Positions 24,931 to 25,109 of a stretch of 25,109 bases of DNA are shown piece after piece. The stretch is from Verrucomicrobiota bacterium (GTDB lineage Bacteria; Verrucomicrobiota; Verrucomicrobiia; Opitutales; UBA953): assembly GCA_046091055.1 (NCBI GenBank), contig JBJTAX010000044.1, positions 1-25,109 on the forward strand, written 5' to 3'. Positions within the stretch are counted from its first letter, which is position 1. The number at the start of each line of letters is the position of its first letter. A program made the position numbers and the translations under genes. The notes under the pieces are model-generated. The model was not told the DNA's origin, did not search any database, and saw nothing but the letters and a program-made list of their open reading frames with translations.

Positions 24931-25109
24931 ATGAACTACATAGCATCGTTCTTGCTGCTGTTCGCCTCCTTCGCCTCGGCGGAAGAATCCCCTGGTCTGC
25001 TCGCCGTGCCGGTCAAGGACATCGACGGCAAGTCGACGACGCTCGGCGCGGCGAAGGGCGGCAAGGCCTGGCTCGTGGTCAACGTCGCCAGCCAGTGCGG
25101 CTATACCCG
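24931..25109 (+). CDS. Glutathione peroxidase-family protein (Cys type, with signal peptide), 3'-truncated by the window edge
   Basis: Not in the ORF track. My translation is MNYIASFLLLFASFASAEESPGLLAVPVKDIDGKSTTLGAAKGGKAWLVVNVASQCGYT, which contains the Gpx motif LVVNVASxCG. Confidence 0.9.
   Translation, partial: MNYIASFLLLFASFASAEESPGLLAVPVKDIDGKSTTLGAAKGGKAWLVVNVASQCGYT

Overview
High-GC bacterial chromosome segment with no mobile element, CRISPR array, rRNA or tRNA seen. Protein style suggests Verrucomicrobiota (Opitutales-like), but that is inference. Gene order: 3' two-thirds of rpoC, then a terminator; an outer-membrane beta-barrel / short OPX / Wzc polysaccharide-export module with an M48 lipoprotein peptidase; convergent sppA; an uncharacterised CinA(PncC)-like + nucleotidyltransferase-like protein and a membrane protein; a LysR regulator divergent from yggS-recN; an SDR divergent from hpf; mpl; nrnA-truB-ribF on the minus strand; clpC, DUF423 and an acidic hypothetical protein; a lipoprotein with an internal duplication; and the start of a glutathione peroxidase. 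The most notable signals: (1) a composite OPX/beta-barrel export module next to rpoC, whose Wzc has a second, N-terminal Tyr-Gly cluster (9 Tyr); (2) a 54-aa tandem duplication inside RpoC, where all four Zn-site-II cysteines are also missing; (3) a pseudo-deamidase/NTase fusion of unknown function; (4) a purine-rich, motif-repeating 174-nt element between hpf and its terminator; (5) three T-to-G changes in the YggS PLP motif, either real or a sequencing artefact; (6) a 27-aa duplicated motif in the lipoprotein. Start codons were re-picked by eye, counts are manual, and reference motifs are recalled from memory rather than searched.
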